From the NCBI GenBank assembly GCA_035946775.1, contig DASYZA010000328.1, forward strand, positions 3,203 through 67,202: DNA of 64,000 nt, in the 5' to 3' direction. A model generated the notes under the pieces. It was not told the DNA's origin, searched no databases, and saw only the letters and a list, made by a program, of their open reading frames with translations. A program made the translations under genes and the position numbers. This document shows positions 19,915 to 30,293 of the stretch, one piece after another; positions within the stretch are counted from its first letter, which is position 1; every line of letters begins with the position of its first letter. This DNA comes from Candidatus Sulfotelmatobacter sp. (GTDB taxonomy: Bacteria > Acidobacteriota > Terriglobia > Terriglobales > Acidobacteriaceae).

Positions 19915-20154
19915 ATGAAGCTGAAGAGTCTCAACAACGCCCTCTCGATGGTAGGCGACTCCATACTCGCGAACGAACCGCCCTCCTTGCTCCCCCGCGG
20001 AACAACACTCGATCTGACAAAGACCGATGATCAAAGAATCCGTGAACTGGCGTTTCACTTCTATGAAGAACGCGGCCGGGTTGATGGCCACGCCCTGGAC
20101 GACTGGCTGAAGGCTGAAGTGATTCTTCGGCAGCGCGCGCCTTTGGCCGCATAA
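19915..20154 (+). CDS. DUF2934-family small protein
   Basis: IRELAFHFYEERGRVDGHALDDWLKAE matches the DUF2934 core (I-x-x-x-A-Y-x-x-W-E-x-R-G-x-x-x-G-x-x-x-x-D-W-x-x-A-E). Confidence 0.6.
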   Translation: MKLKSLNNALSMVGDSILANEPPSLLPRGTTLDLTKTDDQRIRELAFHFYEERGRVDGHALDDWLKAEVILRQRAPLAA

Positions 20155-20456
20155 CACCTCGCTTATCCGGGAGGGCCGCGCCATTCTGTTATCCATTCCC
20201 ACGTTTTACAAGATCCATCCGATTTCGGTCTAATCCCTGCGCTTACACGCTGCCGATTCAATCCCGTTTTGGGACAGTCCTCCCGGCTGTCCTGGAAATT
20301 AGTTGGCCTAATGCTTTGGTGACCTACCCGCAACGCTCCCTTCACGAAAGAATGAAAACACTTGTGCGCAATTGGGATTAGTCCCTGCGACCAAGCTATA
20401 GCTCTAAAATCCCCCCGCCGTGCTCCTGGAGCACGTGCAAAAAGAGAGCGAACTAA

Positions 20457-21737
20457 ATGTGCCGTCTTGGATCCCCCCTGAGACTGCTGTACGCTATTTG
20501 TCTGTTTGTTGCAGTCTTCTCAATTTCAGCCGAGGCCCAGAACCCGGTTTCCATTCAAAACGTTAACTTCGGCAGCGTGCAGGTCGGCAGCAGCCTGATC
20601 ATGCCCGCGACAGTTACCAACACGGGAAAATCGAAGTTAAAAATCGTAAAAGTTTCCATATCCGGTACCGCCTTTGCCTTCGTCGGACCCAACCTTCCGA
20701 TTACCTTAAGTTCGCAACAAAGCGCGAATCTCTCGGTCTCCTTCACTCCACAGACCGCGGGTTCGTTCACCGGGAGTATCAGCGTTACGTATTGGGCAGC
20801 TTCGGGCGGCCACGGATACGGCAGCAAAGCCATCGCTTCGCTTTCCGGAAGCGGTTCTAGTTCCGCTACTGGCTATCTAACCGCTCCTTCCAGCATGAAC
20901 CTGGGAAGCGTTCCCGTGGGCAGCAGCCAGACGCAGGCTCTCACCGTCTCGAATACTGGCAAAGCCAGCTTGACGATTTCGGCTACAGCCCTCGCTGGCA
21001 GCGGCTATACCGTCACTGGACTGACCCTGCCCTACAATCTGGCTTCCGGCGCCAGCGCGAGCCTGTCCGTAATTTTCTCGCCCACGACCTCGGGAACCGA
21101 CAACGCGTCGCTCACGCTGTCTTCCAATGCCGCTGACCCGACCGTCACAGTTTCCCTCACCGGAAATGGCACGACTTCTAGCGGCACCCTCGGCGTCACG
21201 CCCGGTTCTATGACTTTCGGGACCGTCACCATCGGAACCACCCAGACGCAGAACGGAAGCGTTACGGCCACCGGAGGAAGCGTAACGCTGTCCTCCACCA
21301 GTTCGAACAACTCCGCATTCACCCTCGGCGGACTTACCTTGCCGGTGACCCTCAATGCGGGTCAGTCGTTACCCTTCACCGTTACGTTCGCTCCGACCGC
21401 TTCTGGTACGGCTTCCGCGAACATCTCGTTCTTCGCCAGTAACTCAACGTCGGCGACCGAAAGCGCCAGCGGTTCCGGGGCCACAGTCCAACACATCATC
21501 GACCTGTCGTGGAATGCGAGTACGTCCGGCTCGATCGCGGGTTACAACGTATATCGGGCCAATGCTTCCTCAGGCCCGTATTCCAAGATCAATTCCTCTC
21601 TGGATCCTGCGCTCAGCTATAGCGACAACACCGTTTCCTCCGGCAAAACCTACTACTACGAGACCACTGCCGTTGATTCCTCCGGCGTCGAGAGTTCCTA
21701 TTCCAACCAGGTGCAGGTTGTCGTCCCATTCCCGTGA
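20457..21737 (+). CDS. secreted protein: three Ig-like (ASH / choice-of-anchor-D-like) domains + C-terminal fibronectin type III domain
   Basis: Signal peptide (LLYAICLFVAVFSISAEAQ). Three repeats follow the pattern FGSV.VGSS....TV.NTGK..L.I......G..F....L...L....S..L.V.F.P...G. The C-terminus DLSWNAS...GYNVYRA...TYYYETTAVDSSGVES is FN3-like. Confidence 0.75.
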   Translation: MCRLGSPLRLLYAICLFVAVFSISAEAQNPVSIQNVNFGSVQVGSSLIMPATVTNTGKSKLKIVKVSISGTAFAFVGPNLPITLSSQQSANLSVSFTPQTAGSFTGSISVTYWAASGGHGYGSKAIASLSGSGSSSATGYLTAPSSMNLGSVPVGSSQTQALTVSNTGKASLTISATALAGSGYTVTGLTLPYNLASGASASLSVIFSPTTSGTDNASLTLSSNAADPTVTVSLTGNGTTSSGTLGVTPGSMTFGTVTIGTTQTQNGSVTATGGSVTLSSTSSNNSAFTLGGLTLPVTLNAGQSLPFTVTFAPTASGTASANISFFASNSTSATESASGSGATVQHIIDLSWNASTSGSIAGYNVYRANASSGPYSKINSSLDPALSYSDNTVSSGKTYYYETTAVDSSGVESSYSNQVQVVVPFP

Positions 21738-21756
21738 TACCAACGCTCTGACCAAT

Positions 21757-21784
21757 AAAAAAGGGAGGCTCTTTCGAGCCTCCC
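21757..21784 (-). terminator. rho-independent terminator of the TonB-dependent receptor gene (between convergent genes)
   Basis: 9-bp stem gggaggctc/gagcctccc with loop tttc. A6 on the plus strand gives a U-run after the hairpin on the minus-strand transcript. Confidence 0.65.
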
Positions 21785-21805
21785 GGATGAGTGAGTTTCG
21801 TTGAC

Positions 21806-24800
21806 TTAGAACGTGAACTTCAGCGCCAGCTGCATCGTACGCGGATTGCTGGAGAAGTTCTGGCTGGCATTCAGGAACGTCGGGCTGGCCGGAAGCAGAT
21901 AGTTCCGGGATCCCGTGTTTCCGAAGCTCGCAATGTCATTAACGTAGCCAGTGACAAATTGCGGGTGGTTGAACAGATTGAACGCCTGGGCCATGAAATC
22001 GACACGATAGCGTTCGCCAAATGTGAAGTGCTTGGCCGCCGAAATATCGAAATTGTTGATCGGCGGTGTCTGTACGTCGCCACGCCATGAGGTCGCATAC
22101 GCGCCGTAGCTCGCAACGATGTATCGCGCGTTCGGATTGACGGCTTGATACGCTACCGTATACCCGGCGCTGTTCGTCAGCGGAGTTACATCGCTGCCGA
22201 CTCCTTTTTGTCCCTTCGGGTTATAGATCGCCCGGTCAGGTGCCGAGTCACCGTTCAGGTTGGCATCGGTGCCGCTCTGAACCGTTCCCCACTGGCCCGT
22301 TTCGTAGGTATACACGGGAATGAACTGGTAATTCCCAAGTATGTTCTTTTTGAACCAGTTGGAATCGTGCGCAAACCACTGGACGTCGTAGCTCAACTGG
22401 AACGTGAAGCGGTGAGCATGATCGAGCAGTCCGTTACCCCGTTCTGCCGGCAGGTTGCGGAAATCCTGCGGCCGCCGCGGGGTAATGACGGTCGAGTAAA
22501 AGTCCGCCGTCGAATTGTCAATTTCATGACTCCACGTCCAAGCACCCATAAACTGCAGCCCGTTCGTTAGAGTCCTCTGGATCTGGGTCTGCAACCCGTG
22601 ATAGGTCGAGGCACCCCACGGCATGAAGCCCGTGATTGGGCTCTGGAACCCATCGTTCAGGTAACGCAGGTCGAACAGACAAGTCGTGGCGCAGTTGTAG
22701 CTCTGATCGAGTAATCCACCCGGGCCATCCAGCGTGAGCGGAAGCGAATTGAGCGTTGCCTGCGATGGAGCGGTCAGGTAGGTTGGCAGCGAGTTCTTCG
22801 GAGTCACGTACGTTACCAGATTCAGAATGTTCTGGGTGTCAAGGTGAACGCCACGTGATCCTACATAGCGAACTTCCGCCGTGTAGTTCTTGAACACATG
22901 CTGGATGCCAAGGTTCCAGGATTCTGCATACGGATACTGCACGTGTTCCGGAAGATAAGAGGAGGTATTCGCGCGTGCATCCGCCTGGCTCAAAGTGGTG
23001 ATGCCGCTCGATTGCTGAGGTGGAATTCCGCCATGGGATAGGAAGCCCGTGGTATGGCAGAAGCCTTGAGTGTCCGGGCAGTTGATGGTCGACCCGATTT
23101 GCGGCGGACGAGACAGCGTTCCGATGTTGTCATACAGAACGTCGTAGCCCATGCTGAAACCGCCACGGATTGACGTGTTGCCGCTGTTACCCGGCGAATA
23201 CGCAAATCCGATGCGCGGCATGAAGTCCTTCTTCGGCGCTTGTGGCGTATTGAAAGTGATCAGCCCGGGATCATTGGCAACGGTATTCAGGCTTTGTTGC
23301 GTCCACCCGAACGGCACGCTCAGGTATTCGTAGCGCACCCCCAGGTTCAAGCTCAGATTGCGGGTGACCTTCCAGATGTCATTTACATACCATCCGTACA
23401 TCTTGTCGTCGCCCGAATAGCCAACCGAACCAAAGCTGCGCTGCCCGAACCCAGGCATTTGGTCGTTGGCGAATCCATCCAAGGTCGTCCAATCATAATC
23501 GCCGCGTGAGCGCTGAATGAACTTCTGCGGATCGATCTGTTTGCGCAGATCTACGCCGAATTTGAAGTTATGGTTCTTGTAGACCCACGAGAAGTTGTCT
23601 TCCAACTGATAGGTGTTCTCGATCGCGTATTGCGGAGCGTTCGGGTCCGGCCCCACATTAATGCTCCCGAGGTCATCGATAGTTAGGTTCGGGAATGCAT
23701 CCAGGTTCTGGAACTTCCCGAGTGCGCCGCCCGGTACCGTATAGTTCTGCCCCGTGCGATTGAATCCCACGCGAAATTCATTGCCGATATTTGGCGTGAA
23801 CGAGTGGAACTCTGCCAGCGTTACCAGGTGATAAGGCTGGAGGAACGGCGTGTAAAAGACCGGCAGCAATGCTGACGTATCGATTGTCTTGATTTCATTG
23901 TAGATGTAACGTCCGCGGACCTGATCCTTGTCGCTGACGTCCCAATCCATCGACGTTACCAAAGCTCGGTTATTCTGGAATGCAGGTGCGACGATCGGCA
24001 CGACTCCGATTGGGATAGTGTGCGGTATTGGAGTTCCCGGAGTTGTCACATAATCGTTCACCGTCACGGTGTCCCCGTTGGCGGCCGGGGCTGTGGCAAA
24101 TTTCATAAACCCGTTGATGTTGCTGGCAGAAACCCCGGGAATCGCCAGAACTTGGTTCCATCCCGCAGCTGTCGGCGCCAATGCTGCTGAACTCGGCGAC
24201 GCCGCCAGACCGATCGGGTTGTATTCAAAGTTCACAAAGTAGAACAGCTTGTTCTTGATGATCGGCCCGCCGACCATGCCGCCGAACCGGTTGTTGTCAT
24301 AACGTGGATTCGTGAAGATACCCTGGTTGGCTATTTTCTGGTCGATCGCGTTCAGATTCCGGTTGCGGAAGTACTCGTACAAGCCGCCGTGAATCGTGTT
24401 GGTTCCGCTGGTGATGACTTGGTTGAACTGTCCACCGGCGGAGTGCCCGAATTCCGGGCTGAACTGGTTCTGAATTACCGTGAAGTTCGCCACCGCGTCA
24501 TTCGGCACGTAAACCAGTGGTCCGGTTACGCCTTTGTCGTTGTTGTCGGTACCCTCGATGGTGAAGTTGTTCTCGCGGGGACGCTGTCCGCCTACGGACG
24601 GCCCGGACCCTGCGCCAAGACCACCGCTGCTAGCTACGCCGGCTTGCAACAACGCAGCATTCAGCACGCCCGATCCTACGGTCGCTGACGGCAGGTCCTT
24701 CAGCAGTTTGTCTTCGTAGGTGGTGGAGAGCTGGCTCGTGGTCGTATCGATGGCGGGCGGCGTTCCCGAGACCTCAACGGTCTCGCTCGTGGTTCCCGGC

Positions 24801-25147
24801 TGGAGCGAGAGGTTGCGGGTCGACGTCTTGTTCAACTCGACGACAACCTGCTCAACTGCGCTCTTGAAACCGGTCATCTTTACGCTGATCCGGTAGGTGC
24901 CGACCGGTAGGTGATCGAAACGGTAATCGCCCGAAGCGCCGCTCTTGTTGGTGGTTGAAACGTTCGTTGCAACGTTCGTCGCGGTTACGTCAGCTCCGAC
25001 AATCGCTGCACCGCTGGAATCTAGTACGGTTCCTACGACACTTCCATCGATTGCCTGCCCAAACGCGCCAACTGCGCACAAGGCAAGTAGGCCTATCAAT
25101 GTCAGTACGAATCCGAAACTGACTGAAATTCGCACGCCCTTTTTCAT
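21806..25147 (-). CDS. TonB-dependent receptor with N-terminal carboxypeptidase-regulatory-like domain
   Basis: ATG at 25145-25147 (MKKGVRISVSF... signal). CarboxypepD_reg-like GSVVGTVLDSSGAAIVGADVTATN...GDYRFDHLPVGTYRISV, a plug-like segment, a long beta-barrel, and a C-terminal ...LALKFTF with terminal Phe as in OMP barrels. Confidence 0.85.
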   Translation of the reverse strand: MKKGVRISVSFGFVLTLIGLLALCAVGAFGQAIDGSVVGTVLDSSGAAIVGADVTATNVATNVSTTNKSGASGDYRFDHLPVGTYRISVKMTGFKSAVEQVVVELNKTSTRNLSLQPGTTSETVEVSGTPPAIDTTTSQLSTTYEDKLLKDLPSATVGSGVLNAALLQAGVASSGGLGAGSGPSVGGQRPRENNFTIEGTDNNDKGVTGPLVYVPNDAVANFTVIQNQFSPEFGHSAGGQFNQVITSGTNTIHGGLYEYFRNRNLNAIDQKIANQGIFTNPRYDNNRFGGMVGGPIIKNKLFYFVNFEYNPIGLAASPSSAALAPTAAGWNQVLAIPGVSASNINGFMKFATAPAANGDTVTVNDYVTTPGTPIPHTIPIGVVPIVAPAFQNNRALVTSMDWDVSDKDQVRGRYIYNEIKTIDTSALLPVFYTPFLQPYHLVTLAEFHSFTPNIGNEFRVGFNRTGQNYTVPGGALGKFQNLDAFPNLTIDDLGSINVGPDPNAPQYAIENTYQLEDNFSWVYKNHNFKFGVDLRKQIDPQKFIQRSRGDYDWTTLDGFANDQMPGFGQRSFGSVGYSGDDKMYGWYVNDIWKVTRNLSLNLGVRYEYLSVPFGWTQQSLNTVANDPGLITFNTPQAPKKDFMPRIGFAYSPGNSGNTSIRGGFSMGYDVLYDNIGTLSRPPQIGSTINCPDTQGFCHTTGFLSHGGIPPQQSSGITTLSQADARANTSSYLPEHVQYPYAESWNLGIQHVFKNYTAEVRYVGSRGVHLDTQNILNLVTYVTPKNSLPTYLTAPSQATLNSLPLTLDGPGGLLDQSYNCATTCLFDLRYLNDGFQSPITGFMPWGASTYHGLQTQIQRTLTNGLQFMGAWTWSHEIDNSTADFYSTVITPRRPQDFRNLPAERGNGLLDHAHRFTFQLSYDVQWFAHDSNWFKKNILGNYQFIPVYTYETGQWGTVQSGTDANLNGDSAPDRAIYNPKGQKGVGSDVTPLTNSAGYTVAYQAVNPNARYIVASYGAYATSWRGDVQTPPINNFDISAAKHFTFGERYRVDFMAQAFNLFNHPQFVTGYVNDIASFGNTGSRNYLLPASPTFLNASQNFSSNPRTMQLALKFTF

Positions 25148-25731
25148 ATTTGCTTTTCTCCTGAACACTGGAAGAACTGTGAACTGCTAGGAATGGCCGA
25201 ACTGCTCGACCCCGCACAACGCCCGCCGGGGGGTCGGGCCAAACGTTACCTGGACTCTACTGTTTCGTGCAAGTTAAAAACCAAAACAGACACAACATAA
25301 GCTGTTTAGTTTGTTGTGTTTACGTTTCTGGCTTCAAAGCAATCTACCAAATTCTGGAGACCGCGCACCGCTAAACCTATGTCATTTAATAGGTTAGGCC
25401 CTCAGACCCGTGTCAGTTTTTCTAAAATCTGGGCCAGTTTCCTTGGCTGCCTGAGCTCCACTGTCGCGGATTGAGAGCGATCTCTCCATCGAGAGGGCTC
25501 TGGCAGAAAGCTACTTTCATCTCCAATTGACATGAGTACAGCCGGCAATGCCATCTCCGGTTCGGTGCAAAGAGCAACATGCTACCCGGCCCACGAGTTC
25601 GCGCCTTGATCGCAGTCACCTCCGCATATGAGCACAGCGTGCCCTATCCGGCAATCGTGAAAATTCTTTCATCCTGTCATCTAATCGACGCCAGCAGTAG
25701 ACTTGGCGCCCTCGAGTTGGTGGGGAAACTT

Positions 25732-27867
25732 ATGAGATTTGCGGGAAAACTCCTCGGGCTGTTCGTCCTGATCTGTCCTTGCTTCGCAGTTGCAAGTTCC
25801 ACCGTGACCTTCTCTCCCACAAGCCTTACTTTCGGTCAGCAGATCCTTAACACGACGAGTTCCACCCAGACCGTCACCATGACGAACACCGGCACCTCCA
25901 ACGTGACAATTACCAGCATTACCGCCAGCGCCAAATACGGCGTTACGAACACTTGCGGCACCAGTCTCGCAGCCGGCAAGAGCTGCACAATTTCTGTCAG
26001 TTTCACACCCACGTATTCCGGCACGATTACCGGCACAGTCACCGTGACAGATACTGCCAGCGGCAGCCCGCAGGTTGTCAGTCTCACCGGAACCGCGATC
26101 CGCGGCATAGATCTCGTTCAGCACATCATCTTCATCATCAAAGAGAACCGCAGCTTCAACAGTTATTTCGGAACCTTTCCTGGCGTCACGGGAGCGACCA
26201 GTGGACCTGTCTCCAACGGTTCCATCGTCAGTCTGATTCACCTTCCGGATCGCGTCCGAGACATGGGACATACCTGGAACGATGCCATCACCGCCATGAA
26301 CGGCGGACTCATGAATCAATTCGACCTCGTGCAGTACGGAAACGTGAAAGGCGACTACGAATCGATGGGACAGTATTTGCAGTCCGACATTCCCAATTAC
26401 TGGACCTACGCCCAGACCTTCGCCCTCTCCGACATGACTTTCTCCGGATTGCACGGCGACAGTTTCCCGAATCACCTCTACACCATCGCCGCCGACAGCG
26501 ATGAGATCACCTCCAACCCCACCAATCCCGGTCACCCGAAAGAGCCCGATTGGGGATGTGACGCCGAAGCGGGTTCGACCGTGCAGACCACCGCTCCGAC
26601 CGGTACGAAGAGTACGATCTTCCCGTGCATCGATAACACAACCCTCGGCGACCTCTTGGAAGACGCAGGAATTTCCTGGAAGAGTTACGCCGCCTCGTAT
26701 AACGAGGACGGCTACGACTGGAACACCTACAATTCCATCAACCACATCCGGAACGGTTCACTTTGGACCCAGCGCGTTACCGATTACAGCAACTTCCAGA
26801 CGGACGCACAGAACAACAATCTTCCGGCCGTAAGCTGGCTTACGACCAACGTTTACTACAGTGAGCATCCCTCTGCAAGCGTCTGCAACGGCGAAAACTG
26901 GACTGTTAGCCAGATCAACGCCGTCATGAATTCTCCCGCCTGGAATTCAACCGTTATTTTCCTAACCTGGGACGATTTTGGCGGCTTCTACGATCCGGTC
27001 TATCCGCCGCAGCCTGACTACTACGGCCTTGGCCCCCGCGTGCCCATGATCATTATTTCTCCATTCGCCAAGTCCGGGCACGTCATACATACGCAGTATG
27101 AGTTTTCGTCTGTGCTGAAGTTCATCGAGCGCCGCTTCAACCTCACCAATCTCAGCCAGCGGGATGCAAACGCGGCCAACATGACTGATGCCTTCAACTT
27201 CACGCAAACGCCATTGCCGCCGCTCGTGCTCAATCAGAGAACCTGTCCCGACGACGGCGCCATCGTCTCGCTCGACAATCACAACGCCGACTTCGGTGCA
27301 GTTGCTGTAGGGACCACCGGCGCTCCTCTTACTCGCACCATTACCAACACCGGCGACAAAACGCTCAACATCACCAGCATCCTCCCTACCCAGTCGCAGT
27401 ACACCGCGACGAATACATGCGGCAAATCTTTAGCAGTGAATAAGAGTTGCACGGTGACGATCAACTTCACTCCCGACGCGGTCAAAACCGAGAACGGCCA
27501 GGTCGAAATCACTGACGATGCCTCCACCAATCCGCAGGAGATTAATACCTACGGCAGTGGACAGGCTCCGCTCGTATTCAATCCTGCCAAGCTCACTTTC
27601 CCGAATACTACGGTGGGAACTTCGAGCACCATGACGTCCGTGCTCACCAACACCTACAGTTCTTCAGCGAGCATCTCGAGTATCACAATCAGCGGTCACT
27701 ATACCGAGACAAACAATTGTGGCAGCACGCTAGCGGCGGGCGCGTCCTGCACCTTCACGGTTACATTCACGCCAACCAAGACCGGGACCCAAACCGGCGT
27801 CATCACAGTCAACAACAATTTGCCGTACAGTCCGGAAACCCTGAACACAACCGGCTCGGGCCAGTAA
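25732..27867 (+). CDS. phosphoesterase-family enzyme (phospholipase C / AcpA-type) flanked by Ig-like domains
   Basis: ATG 25732 ([23 protein letters not shown] signal). PF04185-type motifs are [51 protein letters not shown] and [16 protein letters not shown]. There is one N-terminal and two C-terminal Ig-like domains, each with the paired-Cys motif TN.CG.SL..G.SCT..V.FTP. Confidence 0.8.
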   Translation: MRFAGKLLGLFVLICPCFAVASSTVTFSPTSLTFGQQILNTTSSTQTVTMTNTGTSNVTITSITASAKYGVTNTCGTSLAAGKSCTISVSFTPTYSGTITGTVTVTDTASGSPQVVSLTGTAIRGIDLVQHIIFIIKENRSFNSYFGTFPGVTGATSGPVSNGSIVSLIHLPDRVRDMGHTWNDAITAMNGGLMNQFDLVQYGNVKGDYESMGQYLQSDIPNYWTYAQTFALSDMTFSGLHGDSFPNHLYTIAADSDEITSNPTNPGHPKEPDWGCDAEAGSTVQTTAPTGTKSTIFPCIDNTTLGDLLEDAGISWKSYAASYNEDGYDWNTYNSINHIRNGSLWTQRVTDYSNFQTDAQNNNLPAVSWLTTNVYYSEHPSASVCNGENWTVSQINAVMNSPAWNSTVIFLTWDDFGGFYDPVYPPQPDYYGLGPRVPMIIISPFAKSGHVIHTQYEFSSVLKFIERRFNLTNLSQRDANAANMTDAFNFTQTPLPPLVLNQRTCPDDGAIVSLDNHNADFGAVAVGTTGAPLTRTITNTGDKTLNITSILPTQSQYTATNTCGKSLAVNKSCTVTINFTPDAVKTENGQVEITDDASTNPQEINTYGSGQAPLVFNPAKLTFPNTTVGTSSTMTSVLTNTYSSSASISSITISGHYTETNNCGSTLAAGASCTFTVTFTPTKTGTQTGVITVNNNLPYSPETLNTTGSGQ

Positions 27868-28153
27868 GCTCGACGTGAATTGCCTTGCTGAGCGCAGAAA
27901 CCACGAGCGAAAACGTCCTAGTTGCGGAGGCCTGGCATGAGCGCCGTCGAAGGCTCGAAGCGTCCCTACGCATCTACAGAAAGTGCCGGAGTTTCCTGTG
28001 GCCGTCGGTATTCCCCGCGGTGAAAGTCTTCTCAACCAGATCTACAGTCTTCTGCTCGGCAACTTCCTGTCACCCGCGCGCAACTTACCCCGGTCAAGTT
28101 AGGTACATACCCCACCCTGTTTCTTGAGCTTGGGGAAAAACCAGGAGGAACGT

Positions 28154-28546
28154 ATGTCAAACAAATGGACTCGTGTGTTGATGTGTGTGGTGATTGCGGC
28201 TGTAACATCCGTCTGGGCGCTTGCGCAAGACGATACCAATTCCAATTCCAAGAGTGAGGTCCGCACCATTACTGGATGTCTCACCAAAGCCAGCAGCGGC
28301 AACGAATACCTACTCACCGGAACGGACGGCAGTACTTGGGAGATTCACGAAAACAGCTCGGTCAACCTCGGAGCTCACGTGAATCAGACCGTAGAAGCCA
28401 AAGGCGTCGTCTCCAACGAGAAGATGCACAACATGAAAGAAGACGCCAAGCAGATGGGTCACGACACCGGCATGAAGAACAACACCGCCGAGCACGGCCA
28501 TCTGAAGGTGACCAGTCTCCACAAAGTAAGCGACTCTTGCCAGTAG
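28154..28546 (+). CDS. small secreted protein with Met/His-rich C-terminal tail
   Basis: AGGAGG at 28144-28149, 4 nt before ATG 28154. Signal peptide MSNKWTRVLMCVVIAAVTSVWALAQ. The tail is EKMHNMKEDAKQMGHDTGMKNNTAEHGH. There are two Cys (ITGC... and ...DSCQ). Confidence 0.7.
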   Translation: MSNKWTRVLMCVVIAAVTSVWALAQDDTNSNSKSEVRTITGCLTKASSGNEYLLTGTDGSTWEIHENSSVNLGAHVNQTVEAKGVVSNEKMHNMKEDAKQMGHDTGMKNNTAEHGHLKVTSLHKVSDSCQ

Positions 28547-28594
28547 CACGAATGTACGGCACCGCAAGGCTCACGACGGAAATCTCGCAGTAGC

Positions 28595-28629
28595 TTTCCT
28601 TCGTGCACCTTAGTGTCCTTTGTGGTTGA
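28595..28629 (-). repeat. half-copy (module B) of the CACCAC/CAC-N-RR-GGA word repeat
   Basis: The plus strand reads tttccttcgtgcaccttagtgtcctttgtggttga. Its reverse complement is tcaaccacaaaggacactaaggtgcacgaaggaaa. This is the same family and the same transcript-relative orientation (downstream of the minus-strand anti-sigma gene) as 4483-4516. Confidence 0.55.
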
Positions 28630-28663
28630 TTTTTTCTATCGCGGAGAATTGGGAAAAGTAAAA

Positions 28664-28692
28664 GGGCGGAATGCAAGTTCCGCCCCTGTTTT
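28664..28692. terminator. hairpin terminator between convergent genes (small secreted protein / anti-sigma)
   Basis: 8-bp stem gggcggaa/ttccgccc with loop tgcaag, followed by ctgtttt on the plus strand and preceded by an A-rich run (aaaagtaaaa) that serves the minus strand. Confidence 0.6.
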
Positions 28693-28722
28693 GAGCTGGG
28701 TACCGAGTACTGGGTACGTGTC

Positions 28723-29430
28723 TTACCCTCTTACGTTGATCTTGGAAAACGACAGCACCGCGCGGCTCGCTGTCGGACGTCCCATCGATAACGCAGGACG
28801 GAACGTGGTGAAGATCAGCATCTGTTTCACTTCTGGCAGCACTTCCTTGGACTCGCCGGAATCTGAAAGGATCCTGTAGTCCTGCACGCGCCCGTTCGCA
28901 TCCACGTACGCTTCAATCACCAGCGAGTCGTCCTGAATGGAATCCATCATCGTGAACGCGCTCGGCTGCAACTCCGGCGCGGTGTTTACCATCACGAGCG
29001 GAACATCATTGTCCGCTTTCAATGATGACGGGGCGACGAAGTACACCATCGCGATTCCAAAAATAATTACCGCGCTCAAGAATCCGGCCGTTACCGGAAC
29101 CATCAATGCCTCGAGCGAGTTCTCGAAACGAACCATCAGACCCTCGAACCGGCCGCGCTGCGCGATGGCGGCTTCCCGAGAAATCGCCAGTCGCAACTTC
29201 AATCCCAGATCCGCCGGGACCTTCGGACGCGCCATGCTCGTCAGCAACTGCTGCGTCTTTTTCAGAGATTCATAGTGCCGATTGCAATCTGCGCATTCCC
29301 TCAAATGACTCTGTAGCCCGAGCATCTCGGCGCCCGTCATTGCTCCATCCAGATACGGCGAGAACAACTGTTTCGCCTGGGGGCACGTCAAATTGTTTGT
29401 TTCTGTGCCTGTCATCCCAGTGCCGCTCAT
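28723..29430 (-). CDS. anti-sigma factor (zf-HC2 type), single-pass membrane protein
   Basis: N-terminal CPQAKQLFSPYLDG...HLRECADC zinc-finger anti-sigma motif and a central TM (VTAGFLSAVIIFGIAMVYFV). It overlaps the sigma gene by ATGA (29427-29430). Confidence 0.8.
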   Translation of the reverse strand: MSGTGMTGTETNNLTCPQAKQLFSPYLDGAMTGAEMLGLQSHLRECADCNRHYESLKKTQQLLTSMARPKVPADLGLKLRLAISREAAIAQRGRFEGLMVRFENSLEALMVPVTAGFLSAVIIFGIAMVYFVAPSSLKADNDVPLVMVNTAPELQPSAFTMMDSIQDDSLVIEAYVDANGRVQDYRILSDSGESKEVLPEVKQMLIFTTFRPALSMGRPTASRAVLSFSKINVRG

Positions 29431-30158
29431 GGCATCACCTCGGCCCTTCTACCCCCTGCAGCAACCTGCCTCTGCGTTCTCTTCTCTTGCGGTGCAGTCA
29501 ACCCCAGTTCGTTTCCAACCTCGCGTACATAAGGTGCCAGTCGTTGTCTTAGCGCCTCTCGTCCGCGGGTCAGCCTCGACTTCACGGTTCCCAATGAAAC
29601 TTCCAGTACTTCTGCAATTTCTTCGTACGACATCTCTTCCAGATCACGCAAAACCAGCGTCGTGCGGTACGGTTCTGGAACCTTCCTCAACTCTTTCTCC
29701 ACCCGCTCCTGCACTTCGCGATGCGCGAAGCTGTCGAACGGAGAATCCGCCGGATCCGTCAACGCTACTTTCCACTCATACTCTCCGGCCGCTCCGGTTT
29801 CCGATTCTGCCGGCTCTATCGAAGTCTCCTTCGCTTTGTGCCGGAACCACCACCGCCTGCGGTTCGCCGCCTCGTGCAGCGCAATCCGGTAAATCCACGT
29901 CTTCAGGCTCGATTCGCCGTGAAAATGTTTGATCCCGCGAAACACCTTCAGGAACACGTCTTGTGTTGTGTCCGCCGCGTCGGCGGGATCATTCACTACC
30001 CGGTAGATCAGCCCATAGACGGGCTGCTGGAATTCCCCAATCAGCCACGCGTAGGCCGCTTCCGATCCAGCCTTTAGCTCCGCAACGATCGCTGCTTCCG
30101 CCTGCGACCGCGCGCCAATCGCACTCGCTAATTCACCCAAGGTGGTTACTCCCGCCAT
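29427..30158 (-). CDS. ECF-type RNA polymerase sigma-70 factor
   Basis: Region 2 (YGLIYRVVNDPADAADTTQDVFLKVF...WIYRIALHEAANRRR) and region 4 HTH (LRDLEEMSYEEIAEVLEVSLGTVKSRLTRGREAL). Confidence 0.88.
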   Translation of the reverse strand: MAGVTTLGELASAIGARSQAEAAIVAELKAGSEAAYAWLIGEFQQPVYGLIYRVVNDPADAADTTQDVFLKVFRGIKHFHGESSLKTWIYRIALHEAANRRRWWFRHKAKETSIEPAESETGAAGEYEWKVALTDPADSPFDSFAHREVQERVEKELRKVPEPYRTTLVLRDLEEMSYEEIAEVLEVSLGTVKSRLTRGREALRQRLAPYVREVGNELGLTAPQEKRTQRQVAAGGRRAEVMP

Positions 30159-30265
30159 GATGGCGATCTCCCAATTATAGGATTTTCCACCCCTTTTGCG
30201 GCCGGAATTTCATTGTCCGCAAAGGCGAGTCCTGGGCTAAGCGAAGCCAAAACTCTCACTAGTGA

Positions 30266-30293
30266 TAGACTCCGCACCCCAGTCAGGAGTTCC
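30266..30293 (-). promoter_or_regulatory. candidate ECF-type autoregulatory promoter (GGAAC-N18-GTCTA)
   Basis: The minus strand reads GGGAACTCCTGACTGGGGTGCGGAGTCTATC about 110 nt upstream of the sigma ATG. GGAAC resembles the ECF -35 and GTCTA the -10. This is a pattern match only. Confidence 0.3.

Noticed and set aside
25666-25680. A CTTTCAT-C-CTGTCAT string upstream of the phosphoesterase gene, resembling a Pho box.
   Set aside because: A Pho box needs two 7-bp repeats at 11-bp periodicity. Here the spacing is 8 bp, only one repeat matches CTGTCAT, and the acidobacterial PhoB site is not known to me.
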